The position numbers and the translations under genes are program-made. Of a stretch of DNA of 64,000 bases, positions 37,671-50,509 are shown piece after piece. Below the pieces are notes generated by a model that was given only the letters and a program-made list of their open reading frames with translations, had not been told where the DNA came from and did not search any database. Within the stretch, counting starts at the first letter, position 1; each line of letters opens with the position of its first letter. The stretch lies in the NCBI GenBank assembly GCA_030704615.1, contig CM060734.1, positions 1 through 64,000 on the forward strand, written 5' to 3'. The DNA comes from Takakia lepidozioides (lineage: Eukaryota; Plantae; Bryophyta).

Positions 37671-40600
37671 CAAGCTTTTTAACCCCAAGATGGACCTGCA
37701 CTGCTACTCAGGCTCCTTGTACAAAATCTCCGAAGCTCTGACTCGCCAAGCTACTACAGTATTTATGTTTACCATTGCCCAAGGGGCACACCCCCGTTTA
37801 TAGCTCTCAATGTGCACACTTTGGAATCTATTGTTATATAACCCCCAAAAAATTTAAAAAATTCAGGGGCTCATCCGTGCTGGATGAACACCTAATGAAA
37901 AATGGGGCTTGATGTTTTTTACTTAAAATGGATGATTACTGGACAGCCTGGTATTTTTTTGAAGTATTGCTTAAAAATTGATGAATGGCTAGTTTTTTCA
38001 TCCATATTGGATGTCATCCATAACGGATGAATTCTTAGAAACCTACGAAAAACATCTATGCTGGATGAAATCCTGTGAGAGTAACCTACCAGCTATGACC
38101 AATTTTCCATCCAAACTGGATGAAATCGCAGGGAAGCAAGATTGGTTCACCTCTCTAAACCTAAATAGCCCAACGGTTAGGCTTCTGTGTTTCCTGGAGC
38201 TGCGCGATGGTGGCTTCAGGGCGCGATGGCGGCCAGACAGGAAGAAATCACGGGGAGGTTATGCATGATCACTTCTCTAACTCTAAACAGCCCGACACTT
38301 TATTTCTTGGAGATGTGTGATGGTGGCCTGAGAACGCAGAGGCATGATCCCCGCGTTGGTAATCCCCTTAGGAGGTGTGACTATGGTTGATCTTAACGCT
38401 CCCCTGCTGGTATTTTCACGCAACTAGCGGGCAGACAAGCTGCTGCCGCGATCTGTGGAGAATCCTTCTTTGTTTGTGTTTTCTGCAGCAGCGCCCTAAT
38501 AGATCTGTGGAGGCTTGTCTGCTCTCCCCTTCAAGAAAATCTATTATGTTTTGCCTTGTTATTACAAACACATCAACCAAACGCAAATACTTACCAGACC
38601 ACCCCATCAAGCCAGCCAGCTCTGGCCACCCCTCCATAATCTGTCCAATATCACACCCACCCAGATCACCCTTATCAACATATGCCCCCACCTAACAGAC
38701 CTACTACACAAATTCACCAGAGACCCCCCCAAATACCACTACCCCTCACAAAACTCATGCGTCCAACTGATGTGCTCCCTCCTGCCCAGGCTACACCTCA
38801 CTGAGGGACCTCCACCATCCCTGCAATACATACATCCAATTCATCAACCGACTAACCACAAATATCAAACACCATATCTCCATTTACATGGATCCATCCA
38901 TACCCTACCCAAGATGTGTATAACTCTACCCCCAATGATCACACCCAAACTAGGCAACCCCTACTACACACCTTATACCCTGACCATATCAATTATGTTA
39001 TTCACTTGCCCCAACAACACCTCTCATCCACAAAATAACCAAACTCATGATGACACCTTCATCCTTACATTACACCCCTGCACACAATGGCAGCCATATG
39101 GTACCCACAACATTCAAGATCTAATCTATATAGCCCTCACCTTCATAACAAATATCCCCAGACTTGGTCCCCCCCAATAACTGCCATAACCCTCCTTCAC
39201 TATGATCAGTTCCTGTGACAGCCATAGATCCAACTTCCCACACACGAATGCTGCCCCCCCCACCTCAATGCCCCTGCCAATGCCTTCACAACACCATGCC
39301 ACTGGATTAATTCACGCTAGACCCAACCCACTGCAACATTAGCACATCAGCCGTCTTTGCCCCATCAAATTACTTGCATACACAAAGCACGAGACCACCC
39401 AAGCTGGCAATGCAGTAACTGCAATGCCCATTCTCCGTTGCAGCTCGTTGGCAACCCATACTGTCTCGCCGCCACCCCCAAAACGAAATCCATACATGAA
39501 GGCCAGTACCGCACTTACCCACTCACTGAGCACACTCCTCCTTCCCACTATCTCTCACGCCTCTCCCTTCCTAGCTTCACTACTCCACCACAACATACCT
39601 CCATGCTTGTATCATTCTAAAACCAAGTAGCACCCTAACCCAAGTTCGTGTCAACAGTAGACACCCCTGTTCAACAAGCTTAGCACCCCATAGGCTGCAA
39701 ATCCTCAACCTCTACACTCTAGTGAAACAGGATACTGCCAAGATGAGCAACGAAGAAGAAGGCTCTGCTCAGTTGAGCCCAATTGAAGAAAACGAAGAAG
39801 TCAGTGACATGCACGTCTCCGATGAGCAATACTTCACTGACGACCAAGTACTACTGCACCCAAGTCCGCCCGAGACCAGATAGAGATCACCAACAAAGAG
39901 GTCAACTCGCCCCAGGAAATGCGATCATACAAGGCCAATTTCTCTCCCCAACGAGGAGCCCCTCCGCCTGCAGTATCCAGCATGCCAGCAGGGGTGGTTC
40001 ACACCAGCCCCAACCTCAAGCGACTTTCCTGCCACTAGACCAGATGGGAAAGATGGGCAGCTATACCCACTCACCCAACTTCCCAAGGACACGAAAGTCG
40101 ACCCGAATCGGGCCTGTCTGCAACACCACATCACATAATCATAAGATTTGACAAGGATACAGACATGCCCAAGGAGCAGGCTCTATACCGTGCAAAGAAA
40201 AGGTTCACAGATATGAACATCCCCTTGGGGAATGTTCTGTACTCCCCAATCACGGCATACACCAAACATGCAAGCAAATTATGGTTAGGGTTGGATTGAC
40301 AGTGGCCTGATGTTTTGACTGAAGAGAGCATGAAATGGAGGTCCCACGAGGTGGGATAATTCTGCCTTGGCCAGCAAACATGCAGAGTGAACTTGAATTG
40401 GGATGGAGGTTCCTTTGGTGTGTCCACTGTGGGCTCTCGCATCTGGCTCCTGCCAGATCCAGGGGTGATAGCTGACCGCAGGGGGTATGAGTATCTCTGC
40501 CATGAGTGATTTGAGCTGAGCTCCAGGCGAGCTCGTTTGGGGATAGTGAGAACGAGTATATAATGTCACTGCAGGGTAGAAACACAAAGAGAGGTTAGAT

Positions 40601-41072
40601 GCAAGTTCATGGGTGCAACAAGAGTGTAGAGGGGGCAACATAGGAAATTGTAAGTCAGTAAACGTGCTGGTGCATATAACTATAAAAGCAATGAGAGGGG
40701 TGGGGAGCATAGAGGGCTTGCACCTATTTTTTATGCGGGATGTCATATCTGTGTTGGTGGCTGGTGTAACAATTGAGACAATTTCCTTGTCAGCATTTAA
40801 CCAATGGAATGGAGGGGGAGGTAGGGGCTGGGAGATCTTGTTTAGAATTGTGGAGATGTAGTCTCTGACCTGATGTGTGGACATGATATATAAGGCCCGG
40901 GGGGTGTCCCATGAGGGGTACCTGATGAGCTGAGGCCTTATGCTGGCATGAGTGTGCTTGCAGGTCTGCCTGCATCTGCATACGGAGTTCTTGCCATGCC
41001 AGAGTGAGTGGGTTGATTGATACAGATGGGTGGACGAAATGAGCAGCAGGGTACAACAGTGGAGGGTAGAGT

Positions 41073-41492
41073 CATACGACATAACGAGACATACACGGGT
41101 CATGCCTAGCATAAAGTTAAGTGAGTGGTGTGGTTGAAATCTGCAGACATCTTGGTGTATGGGAAGAGAGATAGAGAATTGGGGGTAGGATCTTAGGGGT
41201 AGATGGTATGAAGAGGGGACATGGGTTTTTCCAGAGATAGTGGATGGCGGCGTAGTGGATGTTGGGGGGGTATCCCAAGAACATACGACATAACGAGACA
41301 TACACGGGTCATGCCTAGCATAAAGTTAAGTGAGTGGTGTGGTTGAAATCTGCAGACATCTTGGTGTATGGGAAGAGAGATAGAGAATTGGGGGTAGGAT
41401 CTTAGGGGTAGATGGTATGAAGAGGGGACATGGGTTTTTCCAGAAATAGTGGATGGCGGCGTACTGGATGTTGGGGGGGTATCCCAAGAACA
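41073..41492. repeat. Tandem duplication, 209-bp unit x2, within C-skewed degenerate retroelement-like sequence
   Basis: catacgacataacgag...cccaagaaca starts at 41073 and again at 41282, with only a few substitutions. Confidence 0.9.
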
Positions 41493-42639
41493 TCTCTCAG
41501 AGATAGTGAGATATGAGGCAATATATAGGGAGGGAAGGGTGAGTGGGGGGAAAGAGTGGGGGATCTGTTGTGGCTTGTGAAGTGAACATGTAATGATCCT
41601 GAACTGTGATGTAACGTATATGTTGGCTGCATAGACTGGTAAGAGTAGATAGTGGAGTGAGTACACCTGAATCTGTAGCAGAAGGTCCAATGGTGCCACT
41701 TGGGGGTGGGTTGTTGACACCATGCGTCGTTTATGCCCTTGCGCAGACGGGGATGATCACGTGGGCTCGGAATTGCCCTCCACCAGCAGCAGGGGGTAGC
41801 TGCATTTGTAATTTCGAGTCTAGGCTGGTCCAGAATCCAGCAACATCCAGTAGGGTGGCAGTCTTGTAAGAACATTCGGGCAGCTGCATCAGCCTTGATG
41901 CGATTTATGTAATTGCACCCCCAAGATCCCACTAGCACTCCTTGCCTCCAGGGGTCCTTCATAGTGCTAGATTGACTTAGTGGTGTGGAGTTTAGAACAT
42001 GTGTGGTGATGCGATTGGGGTGGGCCAAAGTCGATTTAGACGAGAAGTGGGCGACTGGGACCTTGGTGGTCGTTAGCTGCAACGGTTGGTAGCCGGTTCG
42101 CGTGTAGCGAAGTACCTGCACTCTTGAGGTCGCTAGCTGAGGCATCATAGTGGTCGCTCGTGATGTATGTAGATTACCCTTCCACTCGTAGTAAGTGGTA
42201 CCGGAGCTGTGGTGCTCCTGCTTAGAGTTTGTCCCCGAACTCGGCCTGATATGAAGGTGATGGAACGCCGCCTTTTGGAGGCACGAGCTTGCCTGGGTAT
42301 TCGTAATGAGCAGCAGACTAAGTAGAATCCGTGTAAAAAGAGAGACACGATGGAGAATGTGTATACCATTATGCTTGAGCTGAGATGGGCAGAGCGCATA
42401 TCGCCTATTGCAGGCGAGTCTTCTAGGATAGGCATGCGTGTAACTGTCCTCAGTTGGAGTGGTAACGATGTGGCTGGATACGCCTTACTTGCACCAAAAT
42501 CTGCGTGTTAAGATCGTCTTCACATGGTATGCTTGAGAGTGGTAGAGGGGGTGTAGACGGGAGGGCCGAGAGAGCCAACATACCACGGAAAGCAACGAGA
42601 AAGCATAAGGTAATGTGGAGCTACTTTTACTCACCAATC

Positions 42640-44518
42640 TGTTACCATCCCTATCCGAGGTGGAAACTCCAAGATAGAAGAGTTAGAAATCTCTAAGCAC
42701 TCGGTCCGCTCAGAACAATCAGTCGTGACCTGCAACTAGTTTATCAGAGGGGTGTTTCCTATTTGTATTCCTTCTCGCATTAATATTAGCAAGTTATCTT
42801 ATTGTCTATGATTAAATATCAGATTGTTTCTACAATCTTCCATGTTCCATCTACCCAGGGTAGGCCCTATCACCGAAGTGAAATGCATGCCACGATCAGT
42901 ATCCAAAGAGACAATTGGAACAAACTATGCCATGGTGTCTCTAATCTGTTCTACAGTGCATCTCTACAGCTTGCATGAATCAAACATCATCTCGTCGTAT
43001 CTCCTCCTCTGTGTAATCTCCATCCATGCGCTTCCAAGATCGTGCTCTCCGCCTGATCTCCCCCAGTGATGTCCAAGAAGTGCTCCCCCCAAGAAGTGAC
43101 CTCTCAATGTTGCTACTCTGTCTATTCTTCCTGTAAGCCGTTCTAACCGCCTAACTAACTAACTATCATCCAAGACAAAATGCATGTTCCATGTGCAGAT
43201 GTCGTTCCCACACAGTCGTTCCCTGCCAATGATAACCGTTCCCTGTGAACGTTGTGACGGGTTGTGTCGGGCTGTGACTGGTTGTGTCGGGCTATGTCGG
43301 AATGTGATAGACTATGACTGACTGTGATAGGCTGTGTAAGGCTGTGTAAGGCTGTGTCAAGTTGTGACAAGCTGTGTCAGGCTGTGAAAGCTCGTGACTG
43401 ATTGTGTGAGTCTGCCTACCACCCCTAAGGCCTGTGTCTGTCACCCCTAAAGCCTCTATTGGTCTGAGCCTACCATCCGTAAATCTGCGCAAAATTAAGG
43501 GTACCCCACAGAATCCGTAAAACTGTCTAAGTCCAACCTTCTAACATTATCCCTCCCCCTCTCAAAAAGCCGTGTCCTCATGGTTTATTATTTAGGATCA
43601 GCAAACCTTTGTGAACGAACACCCTTCTACTAGTGAGAGTCCCTCGGAGGGCTCTGTGTGTGAGCCCGAGCCATGTCGCTAGTTGGTGGGGATGACTGTC
43701 GACTAGATGGAACTGACTGCCCTGCCTTTGTCTGATAAGGAGGCAACTTATCATTTTTACCTTAATCTGTTCACATTCCCGCTTGGAATGACCACTAGGA
43801 CTGTATATGTGGCAAAGGTTCCCCTTTGCCGGACACGTAAAAGGTTCCGTTACCTGTCCTCTTGATGCATTAATGGGCTCGTAATAAGTTTCGGCTGATG
43901 TACTGGGTAGGTACTTTGACGGCCCTGTTTGTCTTCTTGTGTGATGGCGGTCGTTATTGCAGTATATGCAATGCGGAGTGCTTTGCCCCTTAGGCCAGTG
44001 TTTGAATTCAAACACTCTTCCGTTTTCCTCTGACCACGTGGCATATTCTCCGAGTTTGACTTCCAAATTGTCTTTACACTTACCGGCCACCTAACTGACG
44101 TTATCTTGCATCCATCTGTCACTGCCCTTATGGATTGTGCGACCTGTGTGGGCTGTGTTGCCTGTGTTGGGCTGTGACAGGCTGTGAAAAGCTGTGGTAA
44201 GCTGTGGTAAACTGTGATATGCTGTAATAGGATGTGGTGGGCTGTGATGGCTGTGTGAACACCTATGTTCTCTGCTATAGCCATTTACATTCGGCTTTAT
44301 GACAAGTGCTTCATACTTCCCTGGTGCTACTGGTGTAGCTGGTGACTGCATCTGTGTTTCAAGATGCAAATCATGCTGCAATGGTCTATCATGGATACCA
44401 CTGTATCCCTTCAACTTATTGGCATTGACTCTACCAAACATCTCTTTGTTAATGGTTTGTAACATGGTTGTGTTTTATCATACATCTTCTGTATGACATA
44501 AGGTCCTTTCCATGGTGA
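42640..44518 (-). mobile_element. 3' LTR (42640-43546, TGTTA...TAACA) plus PPT and gag-like remnant of a second, apparently pol-less LTR element
   Basis: Perfect 5-bp terminal inverted repeat; adjacent minus-strand PPT GAGAGGGGGAGGGATAA|TG; degenerate zinc-knuckle-like CIYCNNDRHH and CHIYSPSGHSKREC in ORF 43578-44090; GCTGTG repeats in both the LTR and the internal region. Confidence 0.65.
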
Positions 44519-45025
44519 TGTCGTGCACCTAAGCATCGTGCCACAACATACATCGCTGTCCACCACACAATCTAAACACACAATCCTAGAAAGCTATATC
44601 ACAATAATAAGAGATGAGAAATGAGAGAAGTGGAAGACAATGAAAACTATCAAAGCATGAAGCAATCACACTAAGAACAAGCCCTAGTCCTTCCAAGTGA
44701 AATCCACTCTATCACATAAACTAAGTCAAGCTAAGGGCACCCTTGCTAAGGGAATCCACCCTACAAAGCCCTCAACACACTTCCTCTCAATACCTAGAGC
44801 TATGGAGGTGAGAGAAGCTTATGGAGGCTCAACTACAAGAAGATGAGCCTCCTCCATCCTCACAAGGGGAAAACCTAACCCCATGTCCCAAGTGAGGCTC
44901 GACACCTCACTTGGCATGTGAGACCCAATGAAGTCCCAACACACCAAATATAAATATAAATATCTAAAATGTCATAGTTAACTAGAAGTAGGTAATTCTA
45001 GATAACCATGACTAAAACCATGACA
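44519..45025 (-). mobile_element. 507-bp LTR of the DNMT/PHD gypsy element
   Basis: Minus strand TGTCATG...CACGACA. Its last ~84 bp are repeated at 45028-45112 next to the PPT, and its first ~420 bp recur inverted at 52148-52579. Confidence 0.85.
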
Positions 45026-45112
45026 ACTGTCGTGCACCTAAGCATCGTGCCACAACATACATCACTGTCCACCACACAATCTAAACACACAATCCTAGAA
45101 AGCTATACCACA

Positions 45113-48100
45113 ATCGCCCCCCTAGGTGATTAGGTCCCTCTAACACCGGATAGCTGACAAGTATCCATCCCAATAAGATCATCGCGTGGTCATCAATCGC
45201 CCAAGTCCCAGTATCTGAAGGCAATAGATCAAGAGGCCGGGTGCAAAAGTAGCCCCATCGTTACTCGCCTTCCTGCAATCCATGGCTTCATTTGGGTGTC
45301 AATGGCATCGAACTCCCGTTAGCTAGACCTTGGATCACTTGTCAACCTCGCCACTGTCATGCCCCACTACCTCTGTCTAAGGCATCGTGGACACAACCAT
45401 TCCCCACTAGGAACCTCCTCAAGTGGCGATGTCAAGCATCCCATGTGCCACCCCCTTGAGCATTTGTCACACACCAACATGGTCGCGGCACCACCAGCAT
45501 GCCCACATAGTATGCAACGCAACCCTGCAGGTACCACTGCAAGGTTGGGATCTATCATCCCATCCACATGTGGAAGGTGACATGGCGCACAATTGTGCAC
45601 ATGGTCCTTCCATACCATGCCATCTCGACCCTCCAGAATCAACACTCATGAAGACAACACCTCCCGGACCCTTAGAATCACACGACCTGCTGTGACATCC
45701 AAGGTCGTAAGCACTGTCTGCTGCAGATACACATAGTCCCGAGGATGGAAACGCCGAACACCTGGCCGATATCCCCCTCCATGTATAGTGGCGTACCTCA
45801 ATGTGTCTCGGTGTTAGGCAATAGCAAGGTTCTCAAAAGCACTCTCTTGAACAACTCTGCCCGTTGGGCACATGCTTGTGTCCACACATCCGGATCATCA
45901 AGGTTGAGGACTACTGCAGTCTCCCTGCGAATAGATGCAGGCAAATCTGGCTCTCGGCCAAAGAGAAGGAAATAAGGCGAGAACAAGGCAAGTGATGCTT
46001 GCTTGTTAAACCTGTAACCCATGGCCAACCAAGGTAGCTGAAGGTCCCAATCTCCCAAGTGTCCCTTCTGCAAGCCATACTTGCGCAAACCTCGCTTGAC
46101 TGTTTGCACAACCCTCTCAACCAAGCTATTAGCCTCGGGATGATCCCGAGAAGTAGTGCGGTGATCTATCAAGGTTTGCTCACACAAAGCCTGAAACTCC
46201 CCCAAGAACTCTCTCCCTTGGTCCGCGAGTACCTCGGCTGGAGCACCAAATTGGCTAAGCACTCGATCTAAGAATGCATACGCAGCCCCCTCACTTGCCT
46301 TGTCAGGCAATGCCACCAATTCAATCCATTTGGAGAAATGTTCTACCATCACCAACACATACTTGTTATGGCGAATCGTTAGTGGCAATGGGCATGCGAA
46401 GTCAAAGACTCCAACGATAGCCCAAACCCATAATGGGTAAAAGATGCAATTGTGGAGTAGGTGCATTGAAAGAAGCCCGCACTCTATCACACATCATGCA
46501 CCTTGCCACTAACTGTTGCACATCCGTGTGCATGCCCCGCTACTAATACTGTCCTTGCAACAAACTATGAGTGCGCCGCACTTCAAAATGTCCGAACTCC
46601 TCATGGGCATGGCGTACCAATCGTGCTCGTTGTGTTGGATGAGGCACAATCCTCACTCGTCCATCCTCCCATACTCGGAGTAGGTGAGTCCCCTCCCACT
46701 TGAACCTCTTGGCTCGTTGTAGGATCCGATCTCTCTCCTTAGCAGTCACATTAACTGCTGTCTTTCTAATACGAAGGTAGGCCAACACTGCTGCATCTTC
46801 ATGTACATCTTTAGCACCACCAAGCTCCTCACTAATCTCTGGATCGTCATGCACACTATCTCTATGACCAATCACATAGGATGGACCAGCTTGAGCTCCC
46901 ATTGCTAGAATGCATAAAAAGGCAGATGCATGCCATCCTGGCACCATCTCCTCGTCTGTCTCATCATGCCAATGAGCTCTTGTATCATCAAGCTCACTTG
47001 TGCATGGATTGCGACTCAATCCATCCGCATCCCGGTTGATTATTCCGGCTCGATGCACCACCTGGAAGTCGTACTCTTGAAGCATAAGTGCCCACCGTGC
47101 AAGCTTCCCTATAAGCTTGTCTGACTCCATCAACCACTTCAATGGTTGGTGATCCGTGACAAGGGTGAAGAGATTGTCATAGAGGTAGCATCTAAAATGT
47201 GTCACTGCCCATACTGCAGCTAGACACTCATCTTCATAGGAACTAAACTTCACATCGGCATCATTGTTCGAGCGGCTAGCATATGCCACTACAAACTCTC
47301 TTCCCTCATCATCCACCTGTGTGAGCACTGCTCCAATCCCTAGCATACTCCAATCCGTATGTAGCTGGAAAGACCGCCCCCGAATAGGCCGCCTCAAAAT
47401 AGGCGCAGAAGTCAATCGAGCCTTGAGTTCCTCAAAAGCCTGCTCTTCCTCCCACTGCCACTCCTAACCCACCTTGGTCAACTTGGTAAGAGCTTTTGCA
47501 ATGCTGCTAAATCCTTTGACAAACCGTCGATAGTAGTTTGCCAATCCCGTGAAAGCACGAACTCTGCTCACATCCATGGGGCGTGGAATGCATGCAATGG
47601 CCTCCACCTTTGTCTGTTGAACATCCAATCCTCCAGGGTATATCATGTGGCCTAAATACTCAATCTGATTATGGAAGAACTTGCACTTTCCGGGGTGCAG
47701 TTTCAACCCGTGTGCTCTCAAGCGCTCAAACACCATCTTAAGGTGTCTCTCGTGCTCCTCAATCGTAGCACTAAAGATGATGATGTCATCAATGTAGCAC
47801 CGGGCAAAGTCTAGCCCCGCGAGAATCCTATCCATGACCCTCTGAAACTCTGCAGGAGCATTCTTCAACCCAAACGATAAGAACCGCCATTGGTACAAAC
47901 AATCATTCCTATGTTGGTCAATCCCCCAGAATGCCGTCTTTTGCTTGTCAGCTTCTTTGATTGGCAACTGGTGGTAACCGGATCGCAAGTCCAATGTGCT
48001 AAACACCTTTGCATGCCCAATGGCATCAAAGATCTCCTCTGGAGTTGGCTTGGCATATCTATCGGACTCAGTCTGACGGTTCACAAGACGATAGTCCCCA

Positions 48101-50509
48101 CACATCCTTCTTTCTGTCCAATTGCCATAGATATCCTTCTTAGCTAGCATCACCGTTGCCGAGGCATACTCCCCGCCTGACAACTCCACTAATCTAGCTT
48201 CGAACAACTCCATAGTCCGTGACTGGATCAATGACCTCTCCATGTAACTGTACCGGTAGGGCCTTCGAAAGATTGGCGTGTCACTTGTCAATTCAATATG
48301 AATTTCTTGACCCTTCAAACTCCCCAAATCCTTCAATCCGAAGGCAAAACAATTTCTATAAGCCCTTAGAAATCGCCGAATCCTCCGTCTCTCTCCTTCG
48401 GTGACTGTAGGTCCAACATCTGGTTCCCAATTGTCCTCAGTGACTGCAACCTTGGGTACACCAGGCTTGGAGGTAGGAGACGCATCCTTTGGTTGCTAGA
48501 TAGCAACCTCTTGGGCCTTGTCCGCCCATCCTAACTGTGGCGTAGCCTCCACTTGCTCCGCCATAGCCACCTTGAGAACATCCTCTGGGGAAGAAACATC
48601 TTCAACCTCTTCAAAAACCTTAGCCACCTTGGCCTCCAACTGATCCTCAGTGTATGGCTCTCCCCACTCCTCATACTGTTGCTTGAGAGATCCAATGACT
48701 CTCTCTTTGCGCATCTCATCCCACATCTGCCATGGGTGTTTGCACCCCATGATCCTGTGCTCGCCCCCACTCACTGCCTCCACCGTCACGGTTGGCAGAG
48801 ATGGTGCAATATCCAATGGAAGTGCAGAAGTAGCCACTAATGCTTGCAATCTTTGTTGCTTAGCCATGCACAAGCCAATGACCCATGTCAAGCAATTGAG
48901 ATCCATTGCCTGACCCAACACTTGGCGTCGTGATGCCTCTGACAGAGCTGGCACAGCTGTAGTGCGCGTGACAAATCCCATTACCGGCTCTCGCTCATCC
49001 GCATTGGGCTCCATCAATTGTTGTAGCACACTATCCCAAATCAAACCAGGACCATTGTCTCGAAAAGCATGAGATGAGGGAAAGCTCATGAGCGTAGGCA
49101 AGGTTGTACGTGGCTACCCCACTCGATTTACCACTGCTAGAGGTGGACGGTCATCATGTCGCACCCTCTGTGGTTGCCTCCCTTGGTCCAAAATGCCCTC
49201 AACTGTGAGATTGGGTGGTCGTTGAATGGAATCGTATGCTCTCTTGAGCAGCTCTGGTGGTGCAAGATTGGTCCACCACAATCGAGGTCGATGCGCTCGT
49301 GATCCCACCGCTGCTGCATCCAATAGCACCGCCGATCCAATCCAAGACCGCACCTGATGCACACTGGCCATAACCTTGGCCCGAGAGTCCCCCATAAGAG
49401 GAACATTCTCCAATATATAGGCTAGAGGTTGCACTTGCCTCGTCTGCAAGTCACGCAACACTCTCAACATCTCCCAAAACAAATGCGATCGTGTATCATG
49501 CAAGCCATTCCCATGACCTGCGGGAGAGTGTCATTGGCAAGGCCATCCAGCTATCACCAAGTCAATGGCACCATGCCGGTCCAAATCATCCGCCGCCTTA
49601 CAGAGGCGGATTTGGAGCCTTGCCCTTTCCAAATTCAAACATCTTTGGGTGGTTCAGAGAAGGTGCGAGGGATTACACGTCATGAGCTCTTCATTCGATT
49701 GCAGCCGGATCATCCTACGGATGGCTCAGTCATGAGAGCTAAAGCCATTGTTACAGATGCGATGCCCTATGATGTGCTTGTTGGTGGGGCTGTGTTATAC
49801 CCAATGGGATTTACCCTGGACTTTTGGGAGGAAACGACGTCCTATAGGCCGGAGTGGCAATCAGGGGATGCTCGACGTGCACTGCTCCCAGTGCGGTTTA
49901 TTGGGAATGTAGCGGTGGATCATAGGAACATGATGCCCACATTGACTGCATTCTCAGGGGTGGCGGCTTGGGGTGGTGAATTCTTGGAGGACAATAGCCA
50001 TATAGATGATAGACCACCATCTGATAAGGACAAGCACATGGCATATAAGGCTGAGTTGCTTCCTCATGTGCCTGTGCATATTCCACTGTGGGGTACGGTT
50101 GGGAATGTGCAGCGAGTAGCAGGCGAGAGTGTGCACCAAGCATGGCAGGAGGCCTTTCCATTGATGAGTGAGGGGAATTCAGTGACATCACCTGGACCTC
50201 CTCAATTAGCTCCTTTGGACACAGTGCCCATTACCTGACAACCATCTGACTCAGGGATTTGTTTGCTAGACCTGTTTGGAGGCATGAGCACTGGGCTTGC
50301 AGGAGTGTTGCAAGCAGGAATCAAAGTACGCAAGTACTTGTATGTGGAGAAGGATGAGATTGTTCGGCGTGTTTCCATGCGCCATGTTGCCTTGCTCACA
50401 CATCAGTATCATGAGTTGTTGCCTCTTTCAGCAATTCAAGGGTACCAAAAAGCCTTGCCAACAGACATTACCTTGCTGTGCTCAACTAGCCCAAATCGCA
50501 GGGCCATTG
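45113..50509 (-). mobile_element. Ty3/gypsy internal region: protease - DNMT3-like cytosine methyltransferase - RT - RNaseH - integrase - PHD finger - PPT (49570-50502 inverted)
   Basis: [11 protein letters not shown] and YIDDII (47464-48336); RNaseH TDWSMLGIGAVL and TDHQPL (46543-47415); integrase DQGREF and ERVVQTVK (45798-46490); PHD C4HC3 (45382-45516); DNMT motifs IV/VI/VIII/X on the minus strand (48500-49569) and motif I on the plus strand (50263-50509); protease-like segment 49590-50238(+); PPT CCTAGGGGGGCGAT (45113-45126). Confidence 0.9.
48860..50509. pseudogene. C5 cytosine DNA methyltransferase domain (DNMT3/DRM-like) within the gypsy pol, split by an inversion
   Basis: Motif I LLDLFGG; II YLYVEKD; IV DLVIAGWPCQ (PCQ at 49534-49542); VI YILENV; VIII LLDAAAVGSRAHRPRLWWTNL; IX/X EREPVMGF..T..SRRQVLGQAMD. 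In-frame stops at 49531 and 49114. Confidence 0.88.

Noticed and set aside
38515-42600. Long Pro/His/Thr-rich ORFs
   Set aside because: The strand-skewed composition suggests decayed LINE sequence, but no diagnostic motif allowed a family call.
48860-50509. Host DRM/DNMT3 gene interrupted by a retrotransposon
   Set aside because: It is intronless, in frame with protease and RT, and lacks flanking host domains or UTRs.
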